This document shows, in pieces, positions 1 to 14,200 of a stretch of 64,000 nucleotides of DNA. Position 1 is the stretch's first letter; the number at the start of each line of letters is the position of its first letter. The notes beneath the pieces are model-generated. The model had not been told where the DNA came from. It was given only the letters and a program-made list of their open reading frames with translations, and searched no databases. This stretch comes from Azolla caroliniana (lineage: Eukaryota; Plantae; Polypodiophyta). The stretch spans positions 1-64,000 of the forward strand of contig JBHGNT010000035.1 in NCBI GenBank assembly GCA_043228905.1. The letters are read 5' to 3'. The position numbers were made by a program, and so were the translations under genes.

Positions 1-3000
1 AACACAGAAATCCGATATCACACGAGCCAGTTATGAACATTTTAATTTACCTACTTGCTCTTGTCAACTCCCACCTCAAATTTGCTAATTTCTTCATGTC
101 GCTCGACCTGAGTTTTAAAATCATGATTTTTTAATTCCATATCATAGCTAGCGTTGTTAGCTTCAATTCGCATGTTTGAATACAGAAAGCCGATATCACA
201 CGAGCCAGATATGAACATTTTAATTTACCTACTTGCTCTTGTCAACTCCCACCTCAAATTTGCTAATTTCTTCATGTCGCTCGACGTGGGTTTCAAAATC
301 TTGACTTTTTATTTCCATATCATAGCAAGCGTTGTTAGCTTCAATTCGCATGTTTGAACACAGAAATCCGATATCACACGAGCCAGATACGAACATTTTA
401 ATTTACCTACTTGCTCTTGTCAACTCCCACCTCCAATTTGCTAATTTCTTCATGTCGCTCGACCTGATTTTTAAAATCTTGATTTTTTAATTCCATATCA
501 TAGCTAGCGTTGTTAGCTTCGATTCGCATGTTTGAACACAAAAATCCGATATCACACGAGCCAGATATGAACATTTTAATTTACCTACTTACTCTTGTCA
601 ACTCCTGCCTCAAATTAATTCCATATCATAGCTAGCGTTGTTAGCCTCAATTCGCATGTTTGAACACAGAAATCCGATATCACACGAGCCAGATATGAAC
701 ATTTTAATTTACCTACTTGCTCTTGTCAACTCCCACCTCAAATTTGCTAGTTTCTTCATGTCTCTCGACGTGGGTTTAAAAATCTTGACTTTTTCATTCC
801 ATATCATAGCAAGCATTGTTAGCTTCAATTCGCATGTTTGAACACAGATATCCGATATCACACGAGCCAGATATGAACATTTTAATTTACCTACTTGCTC
901 TTGTCAACTCCCACCTCAAATTTGCTAATTTCTTCATGTCGCTCGACCTGATTTTTAAAATCTTGATTTTTTAATTCCATATCATAGCTAGCGTTGTTAG
1001 CTTCGATTCGCATGTTTGAACACAAAAATCCGATATCACACGAGCCAGATATGAACATTTTAATATACCTACTTACTCTTGTCAACTCCTGCCTCAAATT
1101 AATTCCATATCATAGCAAGCGTTGTTAGCTTCAATTCGCATGTTTGAACACAGAAATCCGATATCACACGAGCCAGATATGAACATTTTAATTTACCTAC
1201 TTGCTCTTGTCAACTCCCACCTCAAATTTGCTAATTTCTTCATGTCGCTCGACCTGAGTTTTAAAATCTTGATTTTTTAATTCCATATCATAGCTAGCGT
1301 TGTTAGCTTCAATTCGCAAGTTTGAACACAGAAATCCGATATCACACGAGCTAGATATGAACATTTTAATTTACCTACTTGCTCTTGTCAACTCCCACCT
1401 CAAATTTGCTAATTTCTTCATGTCGCTCGACCTGATTTTTAAAATCTTGATTTTTTAATTCCATATCATAGCTAGCGTTGTTAGCTTCGATTCGCATGTT
1501 TGAACACAAAAATCCGATATCACACGAGCCAGATATGAACATTTTAATTTACCTACTTACTCTTGTCAACTCCTGCCTCAAAATTAATTCCATATCATAG
1601 CTAGCGTTGTTAGCTTCAATTCGCATGTTTGAATACAGAAAGCCGATATCACACGAGCCAGATATGAACATTTTAATTTACCTACTTGCTCTTGTCAACT
1701 CCCACCTCAAATTTGCTAATTTCTTCATGTCTCTCGACGTGGGTTTCAAAATCTTGACTTTTTATTTCCATATCATAGCAAGCGTTGTTAGCTTCAATTC
1801 GCATGTTTGAACACAGAAATCCGATATCACACGAGCCAGATATGAACATTTTAATTTACCTACTTGCTCTTGTCAACTCCCACCTCAAATTTGCTAATTT
1901 CTTCATGTCGCTCGACCTGATTTTTAAAATCTTGATTTTTTAATTCCATATCATAGCTAGCGTTGTTAGCTTCAATTCGCATGTTTGAACACAGAAATCC
2001 GATATCACACGAGCCAGATATGAACATTTTAATTTACCTACTTGCTCTTGTCAACTCCCACCTCAAATTTGCTAATTTCTTCATGTCGCTCGACCTGATT
2101 TTTAAAATTTTGATTTTTTAATTCCATATCATAGCTAGCGTTGTTAGCTTCGATTCGCATGTTTGAACACAAAAATCCGATATCACACGAGCCAGATATG
2201 AACATTTTAATTTACCTACTTACTCTTGTCAACTCCTGCCTCAAATTAATTCCATATCATAGCAAGCGTTGTTAGCTTCAATTCGCATGTTTGAACACAG
2301 AAATCTGATATCACACGAGCCAGATATGAACATTTTAATTTACCTACTTGCTCTTGTCAACTCCCACCTCAAATTTGCTAATTTCTTCATGTCGCTCGAC
2401 CTGAGTTTTAAAATCTTGATTTTTTAATTCCATATCATAGCTAGCGTTGTTAGCTTCAATTTGCATGTTTGAACACAGAAATCCGATATCACACGAGCTA
2501 GATATGAACATTTTAATTTACCTACTTGCTCTTGTCAACTCCCACCTCAAATTTGCTAATTTCTTCATGTCGCTCGACCTGATTTTTAAAATCTTGATTT
2601 TTTAATTCCATATCATAGCTAGCGTTGTTAGCTTCGATTCGCATGTTTGAACACAAAAATCCGATATCACACGAGCCAGATATGAACATTTTAATTTACC
2701 TACTTACTCTTGTCAACTCCTGCCTCAAATTAATTCCATATCATAGCTAGCGTTGTTAGCTTCAATTCGCATGTTTGAATACAGAAAGCCGATATCACAC
2801 GAGCCAGATATGAACATTTTAATTTACCTACTTGCTCTTGTCAACTCCCACCTCAAATTTGCTAATTTCTTCATGTCTCTCGACGTGGGTTTCAAAATCT
2901 TGACTTTTTATTTCCATATCATAGCAAGCGTTGTTAGCTTCAATTCGCATGTTTGAACACAGAAATCCGATATCACACGAGCCAGATATGAACATTTTAA

Positions 3001-5280
3001 TTTACCTACTTGCTCTTGTCAACTCCCACCTCCAATTTGCTAATTTCTTCATGTCGCTCGACCTGATTTTTAAAATCTTGATTTTTTAATTCCATATCAT
3101 AGCTAGCGTTGTTAGCTTCGATTCGCATGTTTGAACACAAAAATCCGATATCACACGAGCCAGATATGAACATTTTAATTTACCTACTTACTCTTGTAAA
3201 CTCCTGCCTCAAATTAATTCCATATCATAGCTAGCGTTGTTAGCTTCAATTCGCATGTTTGAACACAGAAATCCGATATCACACGAGCCAGATATGAACA
3301 TTTTAATTTACCTACTTGCTCTTGTCAACTCCCACCTCAAATTTGCTAGTTTCTCCATGTCTCTCGACGTGGGTTTCAAAATCTTGACTTTTTAATTCCA
3401 TATCATAGCTAGCGTTGTTAGCTTCAATTCGCATGTTTGAACACAGAAATCCGATATCACACGAGCCAGATATGAACATTTTAATTTACCTACTTGCTCT
3501 TGTCAACTCCCACCTCAAATTTGCTAATTTCTTCATGTCGCTCGACCTGAGTTTTAAAATCTTGATTTTTTAATTCCATATCATAGCTAGCGTTGTTAGC
3601 TTCAATTTGCATGTTTGAACACAGAAATCCGATATCACACGAGCTAGATATGAACATTTTAATTTACCTACTTGCTCTTGTCAACTCCCACCTCAAATTT
3701 GCTAATTTCTTCATGTCGCTCGACCTGATTTTTAAAATCTTGATTTTTTAATTCCATATCATAGCTAGCGTTGTTAGCTTCGATTCGCATGTTTGAACAC
3801 AAAAATCCGATATCACACGAGCCAGATATGAACATTTTAATTTACCTACTTACTCTTGTCAACTCCTGCCTCAAATTAATTCCATATCATAGCTAGCGTT
3901 GTTAGCTTCAATTCGCATGTTTGAATACAGAAAGCCGATATCACACGAGCCAGATATGAACATTTTAATTTACCTACTTGCTCTTGTCAACTCCCACCTC
4001 AAATTTGCTAATTTCTTCATGTCTCTCGACGTGGGTTTCAAAATCTTGACTTTTTATTTCCATATCATAGCAAGCGTTGTTAGCTTCAATTCGCATGTTT
4101 GAACACAGAAATCCGATATCACACGAGCCAGATATGAACATTTTAATTTACCTACTTGCTCTTGTCAACTCCCACCTCCAATTTGCTAATTTCTTCATGT
4201 CGCTCGACCTGATTTTTAAAATCTTGATTTTTTAATTCCATATCATAGCTAGCGTTGTTAGCTTCGATTCGCATGTTTGAACACAAAAATCCGATATCAC
4301 ACGAGCCAGATATGAACATTTTAATTTACCTACTTACTCTTGTAAACTCCTGCCTCAAATTAATTCCATATCATAGCTAGCGTTGTTAGCTTCAATTCGC
4401 ATGTTTGAACACAGAAATCCGATATCACACGAGCCAGATATGAACATTTTAATTTACCTACTTGCTCTTGTCAACTCCCACCTCAAATTTGCTAGTTTCT
4501 TCATGTCTCTCGACGTGGGTTTCAAAATCTTGACTTTTTAATTCCATATCATAGCAAGCGTTGTTAGCTTCAATTCGCATGTTTGAACACAGATATCCGA
4601 TATCACACGAGCCAGATATGAACATTTTAATTTACCAACTTGCTCTTGTCAACTCCCACCTCAAATTTGCTAATTTCTTCATGTCGCTCGACCTGATTTT
4701 TAAAATCTTGATTTTTTAATTCCATATTATAGCTAGCGTTGTTAGCTTCGATTCGCATGTTTGAACACAAAAATCCGATATCACACGAGCCAGATATGAA
4801 CATTTTAATTTACCTACTTACTCTTGTCAACTCCTGCCTCAAATTAATTCCATATCATAGCTAGCGTTGTTAGCTTCAATTCGCATGTTTGAACACAGAA
4901 ATCCGATATCACACGAGCCAGATATGAACATTTTAATTTACCTACTTGCTCTTGTCAACTCCCACCTCAAATTTGCTAATTTCTTCATGTCGCTCGACCT
5001 GATTTTTAAAATTTTGATTTTTTAATTCCATATCATAGCTAGCGTTGTTAGCTTCGATTCGCACGTTTGAACACAAAAATCCGATATCACACGAGCCAGA
5101 TATGAACATTTTAATTTACCTACTTACTCTTGTCAACTCCTGGCTCAAATTTGCTAATTTCTTCATGTCTCTCGACGTGAGTGTCCAAATCTTGATTTTT
5201 TAATTCCATATCATAGCAAGCGTTGTTAGCTTCAATTCGCATGTTTGAACACAGAAATCCGATTTTACACGAGCCAAATA
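1..5280. repeat. Homogeneous satellite subfamily with 484/662/1146-bp higher-order repeats built from 178-bp and 128-bp monomers
   Basis: Diagnostic GAGCCAGATATG and CTTGCTCTTGTCAACTCCCACC variants. The 50-bp-deleted monomer (CAAATTAATTCC junction) recurs at ~611, 1095, 1580, 2242, 2727, 3211, 3872, 4357 and 4841. Identical spurious ORFs at 1607, 2753 and 3899 are spaced 1146 = 5x178 + 2x128. Confidence 0.9.
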
Positions 5281-8200
5281 TGAACATTTTAATTTACTAA
5301 CGCGTTGTTCTAAACTCCCTCCTCAAATTTGCTAATTTCTTCATGTCTCTCGACCTCCGTTTGAAAATCTTGATTTTTTAATTCCATATCATAGCTAGTT
5401 TTGTTAGTTTCGATTTACTCAAGGGCTCCTCTCAACTCCCTCCTCAAGTTTGCTAATTTCTTCATATCTCTCGACCTGAGTTTCAAAATCTGGAGTTTTT
5501 AAATCCACATCATAGCTAGCGTTGTTTGCTTCGATGCGCATGTTTGATCACAAAAATCCGTTATGACACGAGCCAGGTATGAACATTTTAATTTACCTAC
5601 TAGCTCTTCTCAACTCCCTTCTCAAATTTGGTAATTTCGTCATGTCTCTCGACCTGAGTTTCAAAATCTTGACTTTTTAATTCCATATCATAACTAGCGT
5701 TGTTAGATTCGATTCGCATGTTTGAACACAAAAATCCGATATCACACGAGCCAGGTAGGAACATTTTAATTTACTCAAGGGCTCCTCTCAACTCCCTTCT
5801 CAAGTTTCCTAATTTCGTCATGTCTCTCGACCTGAGTTTCAAAATCTTGATTTTTTAATTCTATATCATAGCTAGCGTTGTTAGCTTCGATTCACATGTT
5901 TGAACACAAAAATCCGATATGACACGAGCCAGGTATGAACATTTTAATTCACGTACTAGCTCTTCTCCACTCACTCCTCAAATTTTGTAATTTCGTCATG
6001 TCTCTCGACCTGAGTTTCAAAATCTTGATTTTTTAATTCCATATCATAGCTAGCGTTGTTGGCTTCGATTCGCATGTTTGAACACAAAAATCCGATATCA
6101 CACGAGCCAGGTAGGAACATTTTAATTTACTAACGCGCTCTTCTCCACTACCTCCAAAAATTTTCTAATTTCCTCATGTCTCTCGAGCGGAGTTTCAAAA
6201 TCTCGATTTTTTAATTCCATATTAGAGCTAGCGTTGTTAGCGTTGTTTGAACACAGAAATCCGATATCACACGAACCAGGTATGAACATTTTAATTTACT
6301 AACGCGCTCTTCTCCACTACCTCCTCAAATTTGCTATTTTCCTCATGTCTGTCGACCTGAGTTTCAAAATCTTGATTTTTTAATTCCATATCATAGTTAG
6401 CGTTGTTAGCTTCAATTTGCATGTTTGAACACAAAAATCCAATATCACAGGAGCTAGGTATGAACATTTTAATTTACTCAAGAGCTCTTCTCAACTCACT
6501 CCTCAAATTTTGTAATTTCGTCATGTCTCTCGACCTGAGTTTCAAAATCTTGATTTTTTAATTCCATATCAGAGCTAGCGTTGTTAGCTTCGATTCGCAT
6601 GTTTGAACACAAAAATCCGATATCACACGAGCCAGGTAGGTACATTTTAATTTACTCAAGGGCTCCTCTCAACTCCCTTCTCAAGTTTCCTAATTTCGTC
6701 ATGTCTCTCGACCTGAGTTTCAAAATCTTGATTTTTTAATTCTATATCATAGCTAGCGTTGTTAGCTTCGATTCACATGTTTGAACACAAAAATCCGATA
6801 TGACACGAGCCAGGTATGAACATTTTAATTCACGTACTAGCTCTTCTCCACTCACTCCTCAAATTTTGTAATTTCGTCATGTCTCTCGACCTGAGTTTCA
6901 AAATCTTGATTTTTTAATTCCATATCATAGCTAGCGTTGTTGGCTTCGATTCGCATGTTTGAACACAAAAATCCGATATCACACGAGCCAGGTAGGAACA
7001 TTTTAATTTACTAACGCGCTCTTCTCCACTACCTCCAAAAATTTTCTAATTTCCTCATGTCTCTCGAGCGGAGTTTCAAAATCTCGATTTTTTAATTCCA
7101 TATTAGAGCTAGCGTTGTTAGCGTTGTTTGAACACAGAAATCCGATATCACACGAACCAGGTATGAACATTTTAATTTACTAACGCGCTCTTCTCCACTA
7201 CCTCCTCAAATTTGCTATTTTCCTCATGTCTGTCGACCTGAGTCTCAAAATCTTGATTTTTGAATTCCGTATCATAGCTAGCGTTGTTAGCTTCGATTCG
7301 CATGTTTGAACACAAAAATCCGATATGACATGAGCCAGGTATGAACATTTTAATTTACCTACTAGCTCTTCTCAACTCACTCCTCAAATTTTGTAATTTC
7401 GTCATGTCTCTCGACCTGAGTTTCAAAATCTTGATTTTTTAATTCCATATCATAGCTAGCGTTGTTGGCTTCGATTCGCATGTTTGAACACAAAAATCCG
7501 ATATCACACGAGCCAGGTAGGAACATTTTAATTTACTAACGCGCTCTTCTCCACTACCTCCAAAAATTTTCTAATTTCCTCATGTCTCTCGAGCGGAGTT
7601 TCAAAATCTCGATTTTTGAATTCCATATTAGAGCTAGCGTTATTAGCTTCGATTCATATGTTTGAACACAGAAATCCGATATCACACGAACCAGGTATGA
7701 ACATTTTAATTTACTAACGCGCTCTTCTCCACTACCTCCTCCAATTTGCTAATTTCTTCATGTCTCTCGACCTGAGTTTCAAAATCTTGATTTTTTAATT
7801 CCATATAAGAGCTAGCGTTGTTAGCTTCGATTCGCATGTTTGAACACAAAAATACGATATCACACGAGCCACGTATGAACATTTTAATTTACCTACTAGC
7901 TCTTCTCAACGCCCTCCTCAAATTTGTTAATTTCTCCATGTCTGTCGACCTGAGTTTCAAAATCTTGATATTTTAATTCTATATCATAGCTAGCGTTGTT
8001 AGCTTCGATTTGCATTATTTAATTTACTCAAGGGCTCCTCTCAACTCCCTCCTCAAGTTTGCTATTATCGTCATGTCGCTCGACCTGAGTTTCAAAATCT
8101 TGATTTTTTAATTCCATATCATAGCTAGCGTTGTTAGCTTCGATTCGCATGTTTGAACACAAAAATCCGATATCACACAAGCCTGGTATGAACATTTTAA

Positions 8201-11200
8201 TTTACCTAGAGGCTCTTGTCAACTCCCTCCTCAAATTTGTTAATTTCTCCATGCCTCTCGACCTGATTTTTTAATATCATATTAGAGCTAGCGTTGTTAC
8301 CTTCGATTCACATGTTTGAACACAGAAATCCGATATCACACGAGCCAGGTATGAACATTTTAATTTACTAACGCGCTCTTCTCCACTACCTCCTAAAATT
8401 TGCTAATTTCTTCATGTCTGTCGAGCTGAGTTTCAAAATCTTGATTTTTTATTTCCATTTTAGAGCTAGCGTTGTTAGCTTCGATTCACATGTTTGAACA
8501 CAGGAATCAGATATCACACGAGCCAGGTACGAACATTTTAATTTACTAACGCGCTCTTCTCCACTACCTCCTCAAATTTGCTAATTTCTTCATGTCTCTC
8601 GACCTGAGTTTCAAAAGCTTCATTTTTTAATTGTAGATCAGAGCTAGCGTTGTTAGCTTCGATTCGCATGTTTCAACACAGGAATCCGATATCACACAAC
8701 CCTGGTATGAACATTTTAATTTACTAACGCGCTCTTCTCCACTACCTCCTAAAATTTTCTAATTTCCTCATGTCTCTCGAGCGGAGTTTCAAAATCTTGA
8801 TTTTTTAATTCCATATCATAGCTAGCGTTGTTAGCTTCGATTCACATGTTTGAACACAAAAATCCGATATGACACGAGCCAGGTATGAACATTTTAATTT
8901 ACGTACTAGCTCTTCTCCACTCACTCCTCAAATTTTGTAATTTCGTCATGTCGCTCGACCTGAGTTTCAAAATCTTGATTTTTTAATTCCGTATCATAGC
9001 TAGCATTGTTAGCTTCGATTCGCATGTTTGAACACAAAAATCCGATATGACACGAGCCAGGTATGAACATTTTAATTTACCTACTAGCTCTTCTCAACTC
9101 ACTCCTCAAATTTTGTAATTTCGTCATGTCTCTCGACCTGAGTTTCAAAATCTTGATTTTTTAATACCATATCATAGCTAGCGTTGTTGGCTTCGATTCG
9201 CATGTTTGAACACAAAAATCCGATATCACACGAGCCAGGTAGGAACATTTTAATTTACTAACGCGCTCTTCTCCACTACCTCCTAAAATTTTCTAATTTC
9301 CTCATGTCTCTCGACCTGAGTTTCAAAATCTTGATTTTTTAATTCCATATTAGAGCTAGCGTTATTAGCTTCGATTCGTATGTTTGAACACAGAAATCCG
9401 ATATCACACGAACCAGGTATGAACATTTTAATTTACTAACGCGCTCTTCTCCACTACCTCCTAAAATTTGCTAATTTCTTCATGTCTCTCGAGTTGAGTT
9501 TCAAAATTTTGATTTTTTAATTCCATATTAGAGGTAGCGTTGTTAGCTTCGATTCACATGTTTGAACACAGGAATCCGATATCACACGAGCCAGGTATGA
9601 ACATTTTAATTTACTAACGCGCTCTTCTCCACTACCTCCTCAAATTTGCTAATTTCTTCATGTCTCTCGACCTGAGTTTCAAAATCTTGATTTTTTAATT
9701 GTAGATCAGAGCTAGCGTTGTTAGCTTCGATTCGCATGTTTCAATACAGGAATCCGATATCACACGAGCCTGGTATGAACATTTTTATTTACTAACGCGC
9801 TCTTCTCCACTACCTCCTAAAATTTGCTAATTTCTTCATGTCTCTCGAGCTGAGTTTCAAAATCTTGATTTTTTAATTCCATATTAGAGGTAGCGTTGTT
9901 AGCTTCGATTCACATGTTTGAACACAGGAATCCGATATCACACGAGCCAGGTATGAACATTTTAATTTACTAACGCGCTCTTCTCTACTACCTCTTCAAA
10001 TTTGTTAATTTCTCCATGTCTGTGGACCTGAGTTTCAAAATCTTGATATTTTAATTCCATATCAGAGCTAGCGCTGTTAGCTTCGATTCACATGTTTGAA
10101 CACAAGAATCCGATATCACACGAGCCAGGTATGAACATTTTAATTTACTCAAGGCCTCCTCTTAACTCCCCTGTCAAGGTTACTAATTTCGTCATGTCTC
10201 TCGACCTGAGTTTCAAAATCTTGATTTTTTAATTCCATATCATAGCTTGCGTTGTTACCTTCCAATCGCATGTTTGAACACATAAATCCGATATGACACG
10301 AGCCAGGTATGAACATTTTAATTTACCTACTAACTCTTCTCAACTCACTCCTCAAATTTAGTAGTTTCGTCATGTCTCTCGACCTGAGTTTCAAAATCTT
10401 GATTTTTTAATTCCATATCATAGCTAGCGTTGTTACCTTCGATTCGCATGTTTGAACACATAAATCCGATATGACACGAGCCAGTTATGAACATTTTAAT
10501 TTACCTACTAGCTCTTCTCAACTCACTCCTCAAATTTCATAATTTCGTCGTGTCTCTCGACCTGAGTGTCAAAATCTTGATTTTTTAATTCCATATCATA
10601 GCTAGCGTTGTTAGATTCGATTCGCATGTTTGAACACAAAAATCCGATATCACACGAGCTAGCTATGAACATTTTAATTTGCGTACTAGCGCTTGTCAAC
10701 TACCTCCTCAAATTTACTAATTTCTTCATGTCTCTCGACCTAAGTTTCAAAATCTTGATATTTTAATTCTATATCATAGCTAGCGTTGTTAGCTTCGATT
10801 TGCATGTTTTAATTTACTCAAGGGCTCCTCTCAACTCCCTCCTCAAGTTTGCTATTATCGTCATGTCGCTCGACCTGAGTTTCAAAATCTTAATTTTTTA
10901 ATTCCATATCATAGCTAGCGTTGTTAGCTTCGATTCGCATGTTTGAACACAAAAATCCGATATCACATGAGCCTGGTATGAACATTTTAATTTACCTAGA
11001 GGCTCTTGTCAACTCCCTCCTCAAATTTGTTAATTTCTCCATGTCTCTCGACCTGAGTTTCAAAATCTTGATTTTTTAATATCATATTAGAGCTAGCGTT
11101 GTTACCTTCGATTCACATGTTTGAACACAGAAATCCGATATCACACGAGCCAGGTATGAACATTTTAATTTACTAACGGGCTCTTCTCCACTACCTCCTA

Positions 11201-14200
11201 AAATTTGGTAATTTCTTCATGTCTCTCGAGCTGTGTTTCAAAATATTGATTTTTTAAGTCCATATCAGAGCTAGCGTTGTTAGCTTCGATTCACATGTTT
11301 TCACACAAAAATACGATATCACACGAGCGACGTATGAACATTTTAATTTACCTAGACGCTCTTGTCAACTCCCTCCTCAAATTTGTTAATTTCTCCTTGT
11401 CGCTCGACCTGAGTTTCAAAATGTTGATTTTTTAATTCCATATTAGAGCTAGCGCTGTTAGCTTCGATTCACATGTTTGAACACAGAAATCCGATATCAC
11501 ACGAGCCAGGTATGAACATTTTAATTTACTAACGGGCTCTTCTCCACTAACTCCTAAAATTTGCTAATTTCTTCATGTCTCTCGAGCTGTGTTTCAAAAT
11601 CTTGATTTTTTAATTCCAAATTAGAGCTAACGTTGTTAGCTTCGATTCGCATGTTTGAACAAAGAAATCCGATATCACACGAGCCTGGTATGAACATTTA
11701 ACTTTACTAACGCGCTCTTCTCCACTACCTCTTCAAATTTGCTAATTTCTTCATGTCTCTCGACCTGAGTTTCAAAATCTTGATTTTTGAATTCCATATT
11801 AGAGCTAGCGTTGTTAGCTTCGATTCCCATGTTTGAACACAGAAATCCGATATCATACGAGCCAGGTATGAACATTTTAATTTACTAACGGGCTCTTCTC
11901 AACTACCTCCTAAAATTTGCTAATTTCTTCATGTCTCTCGAGCTGAATTTGAAAATCTTGATTTTTTAATTCCATATCAGAGCTAGTGCTGTTAGCTTCG
12001 ATTCACATGTTTGAACACAAGAATCCGATATCACACGAGCCAGGTATGAACATTTTAATTTACTCAAGGGCTCCTCTCAACTCCCTTGTCAAGGTTGCTA
12101 ATTTCGTCATGTCTCTCGACCTGAGTTTTAAAATCTTGATTTTTTAATTCCATATCATAGCTAGCGTTGTTACCTTCGATTCGCATATTTGAACACATAC
12201 ATCCGATATGACACGAGCCAGGTATGAACATTTTAATTTACCTACTAGCTCTTCTCAACTCACTCCTCAAATTTAGTAGTTTCGTCATGTCTCTCGACCT
12301 GAGTTTCAAAATCTTGATTTTTTAATTCCATATCATAGCTAGCGTTGTTAGCTTCGATTCGCATGTTTGAACACAAAAATCCGATATCACACGAGCTAGC
12401 TATGAACATTTTAATTTGCGTACTAGCGCTTGTCAACTACCTCCTCAAATTTGCTAATTTCTTCATTTCTCTCGACCTAAGTTTCAAAATCTTGATTTTT
12501 TAATTCAATATCAGCGCTAGCGTTGTTATCTTCGATTTGCATGTTTTAATTTACTCAAGGGCTCCTCTCAACTCCCTCCTCAAGTTTGCTATTTTCGTCA
12601 TGTCTCTCGACCTGAGTTTCAAAATCTTGATTTTTGAATTCCATATCAGTGCTAACGTTGTTAGCTTCGATTCGCATGTTTGAACACAAAAATCTGATAT
12701 CACACGAGCCACGTATGAACATTTTAATTTACTAACGCGCTCTTCTCCACTACCTCCTCAAATTTGCTAATTTCTTGATGTCCTTCGACCTGAATTTGAA
12801 AATCTTGATTTTTTAAATCCATATTAGAGCTAGCGCTGTTAGCTTCGATTCACATGTTTGAACACAAGAATCCGATATCACACGAGCCAGGTATGAACAT
12901 TTTAATTTACTCAAGGGCTCCTCTCAACTCCCTTGTCAAGGTTGCTAATTTCGTCATATCTCTCGACCTGTGTTTCAAAATCTTGATTTTTTAATTCCAT
13001 ATCATAGGTAGCGTTGTTACCTTCGATTCGCATGTTTGAACAAATAAATCCGATATGACACGAGCCAGGTATGAACATTTTAATTTACCTACTAGCTCTT
13101 CTCAACTCACTCCTCAAATTTGGTAATTTCGTCATGTCTCTCGACCTGAGTTTCAAAATCTTGATTTTTTAATTCCATATCATAGCTAGCGTTGTTAGCT
13201 TCGATTCGCATGTTTGAACACAAAAATCCGATATCACACGAGCTAGCTATGAACATTTTAATTTGCGTACTAGCGCTTGTCAACTACCTCCTCAAATTTG
13301 CTAATTTCTTCATTTCTCTCGACCTAAGTTTCAAAATCTTGATTTTTTAATTCAATATCAGCGCTAGCGTTGTTATCTTCGATTTGCATGTTTTAATTTA
13401 CTCAAGGGCTCCTCTCAACTCCCTCCTCAAGTTTGCTATTTTCGTCATGTCTCTCGACCTGAGTTTCAAAATCTTGATTTCTGAATTCCATATCAGTGCT
13501 AACGTTGTTAGCTTCGATTCGCATGTTTGAACACAAAAATCTGATATCACACGAGCCACGTATGAACATTTTAATTTACTAACGCGCTCTTCTCCACTAC
13601 CTCCTCAAATTTGCTAATTTCTTGATGTCCTTCGACCTGAATTTGAAAATCTTGATTTTTTAAATCCATATTAGAGCTAGCGCTGTTAGCTTCGATTCAC
13701 ATGTTTGAACACAAGAATCCGATATCACACGAGCCAGGTATGAACATTTTAATTTACTCAAGGGCTCCTCTGAACTCCCTTGTCAAGGTTGCTAATTTCG
13801 TCATATCTCTCGACCTGTGTTTCAAAATCTTGATTTTTTAATTCCATATCATAGGTAGCGTTGTTACCTTCGATTCGCATGTTTGAACAAATAAATCCGA
13901 TATGACACGAGCCAGGTATGAACATTTTAATTTACCTACTAGCTCTTCTCAACTCACTCCTCAAATTTGGTAATTTCGTCATGTCTCTCGACCTGAGTTT
14001 CAAAATCTTGATTTTTTAATTCCATATCATAGCTAGCGTTGTTAGCTTCGATTCGCATGTTTGAACACAAAAATCCGATATCACACGAGCTAGCTATGAA
14101 CATTTTAATTTGCGTACTAGCGCTTGTCAACTACCTCCTCAAATTTGCTAATTTCTTCATGTCTCTCGACCTAAGTTTCAAAATCTTGATTTTTTAATTC

